This document shows positions 27,024 through 38,569 of a stretch of DNA of 64,000 nt, one piece after another; the stretch's first letter is position 1; the number at the start of each line of letters is the position of its first letter. The position numbers and the translations under genes are program-made. Below the pieces are notes generated by a model. It had not been told where the DNA came from. It ran no database searches and saw nothing but the letters and a program-made list of their open reading frames with translations. The stretch is from the human T2T-CHM13v2.0 reference genome, Homo sapiens: the NCBI RefSeq assembly GCF_009914755.1, contig NC_060929.1; one strand, given 5' to 3'.

Positions 27024-29229
27024 CAAGCATAAAGTAACTAGTTCACATTTGCTTTATATTTGTCTTTGTCATATGTCAGGTCTAATGATATAAACAGGTA
27101 TTACATCAGAAATTATTAATGATATAAATAGGTATTTCATCAGAAATTATTAAATCCAAATTCTGTTTTGAAAAATGATATATAATATATATTTCCAGAA
27201 AGGTCTGCAAAGCAAAATCTATTCCAACAGTTTCTAATTGCCTTAGTTGCTTTGATTTTACACTTACACACACACACACACACACACATGCTTTCAACAC
27301 ATTTTTTTTCCAAATTTTAATTTTGACTTGGTCAGCTCAAAGAGTAGCTGTTTTATTTTCTAAAAATGGTGTGGAGATTAAATTTACCTTAATCGCAGAA
27401 ATCTATTTAGATGCGTAATCAAAACAATAACTTCAAGTAAATTAGCTAGGTTGCTACTATAGACTTCCATCTTCGAATTCCACTCTTTGGCCCATGAAGA
27501 GTCACCAAACCACTTTGATTATTAAGAACACATGTTTAGTTCTGTTTCTTGACACTAGTATCAGTGGATTCTAAAAGTGGCTTTACTTACTTTGTTTTTA
27601 ATAGATAGTATACACACACACATTCACACTTGTGCACTTAGGCTTGCTTTCTAAAATGCTTAGTAGTATACAGGATAAGGCAGGTCAAATAATAAAATTA
27701 TTTTCTGATTCTGTTCTATTAAAAGAATCCACTAAAGTAGAATACTACTTGGAGAAAATTTTTTTGTGATAGGCAACTTACTAATTATGAAGGTATTGCA
27801 ATTTTGCAGAACTCTGACTTTTAAGAAGTCATTTTTATAATGATTGGAAATCAATCTTCCACTAGACTGTATAGCATTAGTACAAGTTTGTGTCTTTGGG
27901 TCCATCCAGAATGAGGTTAATATGTAAGAACGCTTCTAATGTTTAAAGACAAGTGTTTAGTTTACCTTCCCTCTCCAATCCTGTTACTTCTTAAATATTT
28001 AGGTTGTATCTCCATTTATTTTACCCTCCTTGTCTTAGCTCTGAATGTGTTCCATTACTATATTAAATGGTAGTGCCTAGTGCCAGAGTTCAATGTGATT
28101 GTACTTGGAAATAATTCTTGAATTTCAAAAATAAAGATTTTAGTTAGGTAGGAATTTAAACTTTGCAGTGAAACACTGGTCTCTGAGAGTATGATTTGAA
28201 GAGTAGCAATGTTCACACATACAAGGAAATAATCCTGAACTTGGTGGTGACTAAATTCTGACAGAAGTCCCTAACCTCCTTCATTTTTGCTAGTTTCAGA
28301 TATGATGTGTGGAAGGGGCAGTGACACATACAGCACCATCTTGCTTCATGCCATGGCCACTGCCATCTCACAGAAACCCCACTACTCTGCAGTTGTAAAT
28401 GATGAGCCAATCATGAATTGGGCAGGCCAGCTGAGAAAAGCAAGAAACGCCATCCAGGCAGATGTGTATCTTGCTTCAATTCTTTCATTATTTCTCCAGG
28501 TTGCAATTTTACTCCTGGCGTTCACTGAGTACTTAGCTCCAGTAGATGAACAATATTTTGGCAGTGCTGAATACTGAATGAAAACAGAGTAAGGATTAAT
28601 TTTAAGGGTACTTCCAAACCATAGAATTGGTGGCAGAATGCCAGCTCTTCTAAATGCCTTTCCCGACTGCTCAAATCAGCAAACCCTTGGCAGTTCCAGT
28701 CAAATGAACGTTGCAATTTTCAGGGGTACCTGTTATATTAAATCACATGTTGATGGGGAAATAAAGCAGAAACATCACGCCATTGTGTAGAAAAAAAATG
28801 AAGTCTAGAGCTTTTCTGCCAATAGTAGGCTTTTTTATAAGTGAGAAACATTTTTGGGGTTTTATGGTACTTCTATTTAATTGAATATAAACCAAAACAG
28901 AATTTTTCAAAGTGTTAGCATGAGTTTCTATGTTAGCTCCGAGGCTATTTCTCCTCTGGCACAAGAGAGCCCTGGAGATCATGTTTTCTACACTCCTAGG
29001 TGTAGAAAGCAAACAGGTACATAAAACAAATCCCAGAATCCTAGTTAATAATTCAGTAAGCTGGCAGGCAGATTGGCAGACAGATTATTAACTACAGTGT
29101 TACCTTCAAATAAATCAGTAAGTTAACAGCACACTCTTAGATGTGCTAGGCATAATGACACAGCCCAGATTTAACTTATGCTGGGCAATGTGGAGTGGAT
29201 TTGTGGTATTCAAAGTCATTCTCATTCAT

Positions 29230-30085
29230 CCATTCTCTCCATGTCCTGAATAGTCACTTTTCTAACCTGGTCTATTTTTCCTGACTTCTCTCACACACCA
29301 TTCTTGTTATTTACTCTATAACATGGCCAATATTGTTCCTGCCACCCAGAAAACACCAGCCCTTCTCTATATTTCTGTTTGGTCTTCTTGAGACAGTGGT
29401 TTCACTTCACTATTTCCTCACCTCCTGCTCATTCAATCAACAACATGTTCTATTCCCACTACTTTATCACAGCTGCTGTTGCCCAGGGCTCCAAGGCCTA
29501 AGTTGCCATTTCCAAGGGACAGTTTCTAGTTCCTTTGGCTTTCTCTCCCTCTCAGTCTATGTTCTCAGGTTCCTGTGTCAGCATCACCTTCTCTACTTAA
29601 CTTTAAATGTTTGAGTTCCTCATGGATCTCGCATGGACCCGCATCTCATTTTATACACATACCCTGGTCAGTTTCATTTGTTTGTGTGGCCTCGTTTAAA
29701 CCTATATCACAGATTCACATTTCCTGACAACAAGCTTTTTTGTTTGTTTTTGTTTTTGTTTTTTTAAATTTTCAGCTGCATGGTAGACATCTCTACTTGG
29801 CCTCATAGTAAATATATCACAAGACTATAACTGAATTCATGGACTCGCCCTGTCAAACTTAATCCTCTTGCTGCGCTTCTTATTTCAGGGAATAATGCCA
29901 ACATCCACCCACTTGCTCATGCTAGAAATCCTGGAGACAGCCAAGTTTTTCTGAATTCCCTCCATTTTTTTCTCAATCCCTATTTTAAAATTAGAACCAA
30001 TTCTGATGAACTTTACTGTATAAAAATCTCTTGAATAATCTGCTTCTCCCCATATGACTACCTCTGTCCTTATCACCTCTTATGA
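29230..30085 (+). mobile_element. L2 internal fragment
   Basis: Pyrimidine-rich L2 motifs: ctgcatggtagacatctctacttgg, aactgaattcatg, tatttcagggaataatgccaacatccacccacttgctcatgctagaaatcctggagac. Confidence 0.75.
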
Positions 30086-30087
30086 GG

Positions 30088-30215
30088 TATATTAGTTTCC
30101 TACTGCTACTATAACAAATTACCACAAATTTGGTGGCCTAAAACAACATAAATTTGTTATCTTATGGTTCTGGGGGTCAGTAGTACATCGGTCTAAAAGG
30201 GGCTAAAATAAGCTT
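30088..30215 (-). mobile_element. MLT1D-like LTR 3' end (copy 1)
   Basis: tatattagtttcctactgctactataacaaattaccacaaatttggtggcctaaaacaacataaatt...ggttctgggggtcag. Confidence 0.75.
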
Positions 30216-30281
30216 CTACTCTATAAACAAGAAAATAATAAACCAAGAAGCAGTAATGCAATGAATCCGTAACAGTAGTAA

Positions 30282-30383
30282 TGTATTAATTTCCTATTGT
30301 TGCTGTAATAAATTGCTATACTTAGTGGCTTAAAACAACACAAATTTATCTTATAGTTCTGAAGATCAGAAATCTAAAATGAG
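30282..30383 (-). mobile_element. MLT1D-like LTR 3' end (copy 2), interrupted by the L1
   Basis: tgtattaatttcctattgttgctgtaataaattgc...cttagtggcttaaaacaacacaaatttatcttatagttctgaagatcagaaatctaaaatgag. Confidence 0.75.
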
Positions 30384-30855
30384 AGCAGTTTGGCCAAGAT
30401 GGCCGACTAGAAGCAGCTAGTGTGCACCACTCTCATGGAGAGAAATGGAAGGGGCAAGTAAATACAACACCTTCAACTGAGACATCCAGGTACACACATT
30501 GGGACTCATCAAGGAAACAACTCAACCCACAGAGAATGGAGAGAAGTAAAGCTGGATGAGTTGCCACCTGGGCGTGACACAGAGCTAGGGGAACCTCCCC
30601 TGCCCAGGGAAGCAGTGAGTGAGTGAGCGACCTTGGGGACCTATGTTTCTCCTATGGTTCTTTGCAGACCATGGATCAGGAGATCCCCTTGTGAACCCAC
30701 TCAACCAGGGCCTTCAGTCTGACACACAGAGCTACATGGAGTCTCAGCAGAGCAGCCACTCAGGCACCTGTGGAGCCCCAAGAGCCTTAGATACCTTGCA
30801 GGACTAGACTCACTGGCTTGGGAGTCCAGTCAGCCTCTTGTAGCAGCACTCTATC

Positions 30856-32830
30856 TCCCTGAGATGGAACTCCTAGGGCGTAGGGTGGGCCGCCATCTGT
30901 GTTGTTTTGCAGCCTTAGCCATTGTTGCTTTTGGCCTCTAGGGCGTCTGAGATGACTAGGGACTGGAGCTGTTCCTCGGCACAGTCCAGCAGCTCTAAGG
31001 TGAAGCAGTCAGACTGGTTTTTCATGCAGATGCTGAATCCCATTTCTATTCACTGGGTGGAATCTCCCAACCGGGGTCTCCAGTCATTTCCACTGGTGTT
31101 TCCCAGGAGACAGCTGTTTCAAACTTCCCTGGGATGGAGCTCCCAAAGGGAGGGGCAAGCTGCCATCTTTGCTGTTTCACAGCCTTAGCCATTCTTACCT
31201 TCAGGCGTTGGAGAATCCAAGGCGACCAGGTGCTGGAGTAGACCTCCAGCACAGTACAGCTGCTCTATGAAAAAGTGCAGACTGCTATATTACATGGGTC
31301 CCCAATCCTGTTCCTCCTCACTGGGCAGGATCTCCCGACTGGCATCTCCAGCCACCTCTTGAAGGTGTGTTTGGCCCAGCAACGGGTCTGTACCTCCCTG
31401 GGATGCAGCTCTGCAAGGGAGGACCAGGCCACCATCTTTGCTGTTTTGCAGCCTTCACTATTGATACCTTCAGGTACAGGAAAATCCAAGGTGACTAGGT
31501 ACTGGAGCTGACCCCCAACATACTGCAGCAGCCCTGTAGAAAAGTGGCCAGACTGTTTATTACATGGGTTGCCAATCCTGTATCTTCCCACTGGGTGGGT
31601 CCTTCAGGCCTGAGTCTCCAGCCAACCCACACTGGGGCAAGCCAGTAGAAGCTCTGAAACTCCCTGAGACAGAGCTCCCAGTGGGAGGCATGGGTTGCCA
31701 TCTTTGTTGTCTTGCAGCCCTCACCCTTGCTGTCTCCAGACTCTGGAGAGTCTGTGAGGACCAGGGGCTGGTCTGGACCCCCAGCAGAGAGCAACCACCT
31801 CACAGAAAACTGTCCACATTGTTCTCCATGCAGGTCCTGGTCCTCACTTCTCCCCACTGGGCAGGGCCACCCACCTGGGACTCCAGTACAACCACCTTGC
31901 CCCTGCCTGATCACTGCAGTCAGAGGCAGCCCAGCATTTCTCCAAGGAGGAAATTCCAGAGTCAACCCACAACCTCTTCACCACTACAGTTGTAGTGGTA
32001 CTGACCTAACAGCCCTGAGGCTGGGAAAGAAACAAAGGGCCAAGTCATTACACTGGCACCTCCAGCACACCATAGCCACCATATGGAGAGGAGTCCAGCC
32101 CCTCTTCCCTGAAAGCCCTCATCCCCACTCTTCACCGGGCAAGAGTCCCAGCTCTTGAATGCAGAACAGTCACTCCATCCATGGCTGAGCATACACACTG
32201 GTAGTGGCCCAGAGTGTCCCTGGGGAGAGGCCCCCTGAGGCATACAACAGCACCTCTGCTGATGCTACAGCAACAGTCCTATCCATGCTGCCCTAGGTCT
32301 GGGGAAGAAACAAAGAGTGTGAGGGCTACACTCGAGCTTGCAGCATGCCGCAGTCACCATACAGAGAGGAGACCAAACTCTCCTCCTGGTGAGCCCTCAA
32401 CCCCCTGCTCCCAAACAAGTGGAACCCCAAGTTCATGTCAGCAGTGCAGCCACCCAACCCCACTGACTGAACAGTCCCAGTATGAATGGCTCTGCATTTC
32501 TCAGAAGTGGAGCACAATGGGCAAATAAAGCCTCTCTGCCACTGTATCTGCAGTGGTACTACCCGTGCTACCCTTGGAGTTACAAAGGAGCAAAGACCCT
32601 AAGTACTTTATCCACACCTCTCACAAGTAGTAATCAACTCAATGAGAGGAGGCCACTCCATCTCCCATGGATACCACCTACCCTCTCTGCTTGTCACCAG
32701 GCAGGGAACCCCTGGCTTGGGCCCACAGCATAGACACCCCCATCCTGTTGATTGCACTGAGAGATTGCTGACCTGCATTTCTCTGGGGTGGAGCCCCAGG
32801 AGACAAGCAAAAGACCCTGAAAACCTCTAC
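30856..32830 (+). repeat. Tandem array of ~8 diverged 265-280-bp units within the L1 5' UTR
   Basis: tccctg(a/g)ga..gagctc...gccatctttg.tgt...cagcc recurs at 30856, 31126, 31395 and 31661 (periods 270/269/266); a related second unit type recurs near 31935, 32215, 32495 and 32775. Confidence 0.8.
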
Positions 32831-34071
32831 TAAGGTCCCTTTCTATGCTGCCTCCAAGTTGGGGAGGAAATATAAACCCTGAGATCACCCCTGAGCTGTG
32901 GTGGGCAGCCTGAGAGTGCCAAGCCATGATCTACAGCTGGCACTCAAGTGGGAGAGGAGCCCACATTTCAGAGCATTGAAAGGGAGCATGGCTACAACTC
33001 TAAGGAAATATAAGGGAGCTACGGGATTGAGCAAGAGCCTACCAACTGACCTCTATGACTAAGTGCCATTAACTAATTCACACTCCAAAGCTTTAACACC
33101 AAAAATACCTCACTAATATACTCCCCTGTAAAACCTATGACAAGTCAGCTACAAATAAAGACACAAAGCCTGCACAAAGCCTCAGCCCTGTGAAACCATC
33201 CAGAAAAGAACTATATTGACTGTACTCAATCTACACTGCAATTAAAGGAACACCCACATGCAGAGATAAGAAAGAACCAGTGCAAGAACTGGCAACTTAA
33301 ATAACGAGAGTATCTTATGTCCTCAAAATGATCATATTAGTTCTCCAACAAGGTTTCTTAACCAGGCTAAATTGGCTGAAATGACAGAAATAAAATTTAG
33401 ACTATGAATAGGAACGAAGATCATCAAGATTCAGGAGGATGGCAAAATCCAATCCAAAGAAATTAAGAATGACAATAAAATGATACAGGAGCTGATAGAT
33501 GAAATGGCGAGTATGAAAAAAGAACTTAACTGATCTGACAGAGCTAAAACATACACTACAAGAATTTCACAATGCAATGGCAAGTATTAACAGCAGAATA
33601 GAAAAAGCCAAGGAAAGAATCTTGGAACCCAAAGGCTGACTCTCTGAAATAAGACAGTCGGGCAAAAATAAAGAAAAAAAGAATAGAAAGAAATGAGCAG
33701 AAGCTCCAAGAAATATGAGATTATGTAAAAAGGCCAAATCTATGTAACATTGGCATCCCTGAAAGGGATGGGAAGCAAGCAAATAACTTGAAAAATATGT
33801 TTCAGGATATCATTGATGAAAACTTCTGTAACCTTGCTAGAGAGGACAACAGTCAAATTCAGGAAATATGAAGAATCCCTGCAAGATTCTACACAAGAAG
33901 ATTATCCTCAAGACATATAATCATCAGATTTTCCAAGGCTGAAATGAAAGAAAGAATGTTAAAGGCAGCTAGAAAGAAAGGGCAGATCACCAACAAAGGG
34001 AACTCCATCAAGCTAATGGCAGACTGCTCAGCAGAAACCCTACAAGCCAGAAGAGACTGGGGGCTTATATT

Positions 34072-34127
34072 CAACATTTCTAAAGAAAAAATCTTTAAGC
34101 AACATGCCTAAAGAAAAAATCTTTAAC
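34072..34127. repeat. 28-bp tandem duplication in L1 ORF1
   Basis: caacatttctaaagaaaaaatctttaag / caacatgcctaaagaaaaaatctttaac. Confidence 0.88.
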
Positions 34128-37100
34128 CAAGAATTTCATATCCCGCCAAACTAAGCTTCCTAAGCAAAGGAGAAATAAGATCCTTTTCAGATAAGCAAAT
34201 GCTGAGACAGTTCATTACCACCAGACCAACTTTATAAGAGATCTTGAAATAAGCACTAAGTATGGAAAGGAAAGGCTGTTACCAGCCACTACTAAAACAC
34301 ACTTAAGACACTATAAAGGAACCATACAAACAAGCTGGCATAATAACCAGCTAACAACACAATGACAGGATCAAATCTACACACATCAATACTAACCTTG
34401 AATGTAAAGAAGCTAAATGCCCCATTTAAAAGGTGCGGATAAGCTGGATAAAAGAGGAAGACCAAATGGTGTGCTGTCCTCAAGGGATCCATCTCACATG
34501 CAATGATACACATAGGCTCAAAATAAAGGGATGGAGGAAAATCTATCAAGCAAATGGGAATCAGAAAAAAGCAGGGATTGCAACCCTAATTTCAGACAAA
34601 ACAGACTTTAAACCAACAAAGATCAGAAAAGACAAAGAAGGGTATTACACAATGGTAAAGAGTTCAATTCAACAAGACCTAACTATCCTAAATATACATG
34701 CACCCAACACGGAAGCATCTGGATTCATAAAGCAAGTTCTTAGAGACCTAGAAAGAGCTTAGACTCTCACACAATAATAGTGGGAGATATCAATACTCAA
34801 CTGACCGTATTACACAGATCATCAAGGCAGAAAATTAACAGATATTCAGAACCTGAACTCAACATTAGAGCAAATGGATCTGATAGACCTCTACAGAATG
34901 CTTCACTCAGCAACCACAGAATATACATGTTTCTAATTGCCACATGGCACATAACTCAAATAAACCACACAATTAGACATAAAATGCTTCTCAGCAAATG
35001 CAGATGAACCTAAATTATACCAAACACACTCTTGGAACACAGCACAATAAAAATAGAAGTCAAGACTAAAAAAATTCCTCAAAACCATGCAATTACATGG
35101 AAATTAAACAATATGCTCCTGAATGTCTTTGGGGCAAATAATATAATTAAGGCAGACATCAAGAAATTCTTTGAAACTAACGAGAACAAAGATACAGCAT
35201 ACCAGAATATCTGGGGCACAGGTAAAGTAGTGTTAAGAGGGAAATTTATAGCTCTAAATACCCACATTGAAAAGTTAGAAAGATCTCAAATTAAAAACCT
35301 AACATCACACCTGAAAGATGAGAAGTAAAAGCAAATCAACCCCAAAGCTCACAGAAGATAAGACATAACCAAAATCAGAGCTGAACTGAAGGATATCGAG
35401 ACACACACAAAAATTTAAAAGATCAACAAATCTAGGAGCTGGTGTTTTGAAAAAAACTAATAAGTTAGACCACTACCTAGACTAATACAGAAGAAAAGAG
35501 AGAAGATTCAAATAAACACAATTATAAATGACAAAGGGGATGTTACCACTGACCCTACAGATATAAAAATAACCATCAGAAGCTACTAGAAACACCTCTA
35601 TGCACACAAACTAAAAAACATAGAAGAGATTGATACATTCCTGGACACATATACCCTCTCAAGACTGAACAAGGAAGAAACTGATTCCCTGAACAGACCA
35701 ATCATGAGCTCTAAAATTGAATCAGTAATAAACAGCCTACCAACCAAAAAATGCCCAACATCAAATGGATTCACAGCCAAACTCCACCAGATGTACAAAG
35801 AACTGGTACCATTCCTACTGAAACCATTCCAAGAAAATGAGGAGGAGGGACTCCTCTCCAATGCATTCTATGAGGCCAGCAACATCCTGACAGCAAAACC
35901 TGGCAGAAACACAACAACAACAAAACAAACTTCAGGTCCATAACCTTAATGAACACTGTTATGAAAATTTTCAACAACATACTTGCAAGCTGAATCCAGC
36001 AGCACATCCAAAAGCTAATCCACCCCGATCAAGTAGGCTTCATCCCCAGGATGCAAGGCTGATTCAACATACGGAAATCAGTAAATGTGATTCATCACAT
36101 AAACAGAACTAAAGACAGAAAACACATAATTATCTTAATAGATGCAAAAAAGGCTTTTGATAAATTCAACACCCCTTCATGTTAAAAACTCTCAATAAAT
36201 TAGGTATCAAAGGAACATACCTCAAAACAATAAGAGCTATCTATGGCAAACCCACTGCCAACATCATATTGAATGGGGAAAAGCTGAAAGCGTTTCCCTT
36301 GTAAACCAGCACAAGACAAGGATGCCCTCTCTCACTACTCCTGTTCAACATAGTATTGGAAGTTTTGCCAGAGCAGTCAGGCAAGAGAAAGAAATAAAGC
36401 GCATTCAAATAGGAAGAGAGGAAGTCAAACTATCCCTATTTGTAGACAACATGATTCTATATCTAGAAAATTCCATAGTATCAGGCCCAAAGCTCCTTTA
36501 TCTGATAAACAACTTCAGCAAAGTTTCAGGGTACAAAATCAATGTAAAAAAACACTAGCATTTCTATACATCAACAGCCAAACCAAGAGCCAAATCAGGA
36601 ACAGAATCCCATTCATAATTGCCAAAAAAAGAATAAAATACCAAGAAATACAGCTAACCAGGAAGGTCAAAAATGTCTACATTGAGAATTATAAAACACT
36701 GCTTAAAGAAATCAGAGATGACACAAACAAATGGAAAAACATGCTCATGAATAGGAAGAACCCTTGTCATTAAAGTGGCCATACTACCCAAAGAAATTTA
36801 CAGATGCAATGCTATTCCTATCAAACTACCAATGACATTGTTCACAGAATTAGAAAAACTATTTTCAAGTTCATATGGAACCAAAAAAGCCTGAATAGCT
36901 AAGGCAATCCTAAGGAAAAAAACAAAGTTGAGGCATCACATTACCCAACTTCAAACTGTACTACAGGGCTACAGTAACCAAAACAGCATAGTGCTGGCAC
37001 AAAAATAGACACATAGACCAATGGAACAGAAGATAGAACCTAGAAATAAGGCCACACACCTACAACCTTCTGATCTTTGACAAAGCTGACAAAAACAAGC

Positions 37101-37277
37101 AATGGAAAAGCATTCCCTATTAAATAAATAATGCTGGGATAACTGGCTAGCCATATGCAGAAGACTGAAACAGGACCCGTTCCTTACACCATATACAACA
37201 ATTAGCTAAAGATGGATTAAAGACTTAAACGTAAAACCTAAAACTATAAAAACCCTGAAAAACTACCTCAACAATAC

Positions 37278-37360
37278 TATTCTGGATAATATCCAGAATA
37301 CTATTCTGTAATATATCCAGAATACTACTATCCAGAATAGTACTATTCTGGATATATATA
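37278..37360. repeat. Palindromic direct/inverted repeat cluster inside L1 ORF2
   Basis: TATTCTGGATA-A-TATCCAGAATA (37278-37300) and the perfect 26-bp palindrome TATCCAGAATAGTACTATTCTGGATA (37329-37354). Confidence 0.93.
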
Positions 37361-38197
37361 ACTGGCATAGATTGTCATCAAATCTGGGGAAACCTCTTTC
37401 AAAATCCTTTCATAGCTGTAAGACTTCTTGGGCAGGGACTAATCTTAAACATGCTCCCAGTTGATAACACACATTAACCTGTTTTCCATAATGTCTTTAT
37501 TGTAGTATCATGTTAGGAAGTTTGTATAAAATTCATTAATGTCAGAATTTTGGATCAAATCAGCAAAAAACATTTAAACATTTTTCCAATATGTTTATAC
37601 TATTCCTTTCTCTTCTCTAATTAGATTATCAAAGAACCTGCTCACTGTTTCTACTTGAAAATTTCCTCTTTTTCTGAATGAATTATTGCTTTTGGTAAAA
37701 TTTATTTTTTTCATTACTCTTTGGTTCATGATGTCAGAATAATTTGTATTGGTTTTATTACTCATCTTTATAATTTCAGTTTGTTATAAATCTTTAGTTT
37801 CAGTAGTCTTTCAATTCTTTAATAAGTAAAATCAGCAATTAAAAACAGTTCCCTTCATAAACATCTAAATCAGGAGTTTGTGAAATATTTATTTATTGCC
37901 AAATACTTTTGGATCCACTTTTCTATAACACCCTTGTGTAGTACTTAAGGGAAGAGTTCACACATGGAGAAACTGAGCTTAAAAGGCATTTCATATCATA
38001 TATTTTGTCAGCAGTGGTATAGCTGAGAAAAGAAGTTACATTACTCACAGTATTCTTGAATTTTGTCCTTCCTAAGGACAAACTGCCAGAGCATTAACCA
38101 TTGTCATTATTTAGAGATTTTAGAATTACAGTGCCTAGTTTTCATTCTATGGGGCTGATCTAAGATTTGAGAAGTTAATCTAAAAGTACAAGTTTTC

Positions 38198-38569
<372 letters not shown>

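Larger units (their letters stand above)
30386..37373 (+). mobile_element. L1PA11-13-like LINE-1: 5' UTR present, degenerate ORF1/ORF2, 3' end missing
   Basis: Starts with the YY1-site motif ggccaagatggccgactagaagcagc; ~2.9-kb 5' UTR; ORF1 relic ~33266-34306 (start ATG->ATA); ORF2 from ATG 34362 (MTGSN; HRLKIKGWRKIYQANG; [17 protein letters not shown]); many stops and frameshifts; ends at actggcatagatt with no 3' UTR or poly-A. Confidence 0.92.

Noticed and set aside
28287-28577. 96-aa ORF with a hydrophobic stretch
   Set aside because: Non-ATG start, no recognisable family and no splice context.
30856-32830. Regularly spaced repeats as a CRISPR-like array
   Set aside because: Units are ~270-bp diverged tandem monomers inside an L1 5' UTR, with no unique spacers or cas genes, in a primate context.
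33266-37270. L1 ORF1/ORF2 as a functional reverse transcriptase/endonuclease system
   Set aside because: Broken by many stops and frameshifts; ORF1 start is mutated, the FADD motif reads FVDN, and the 3' end is missing.
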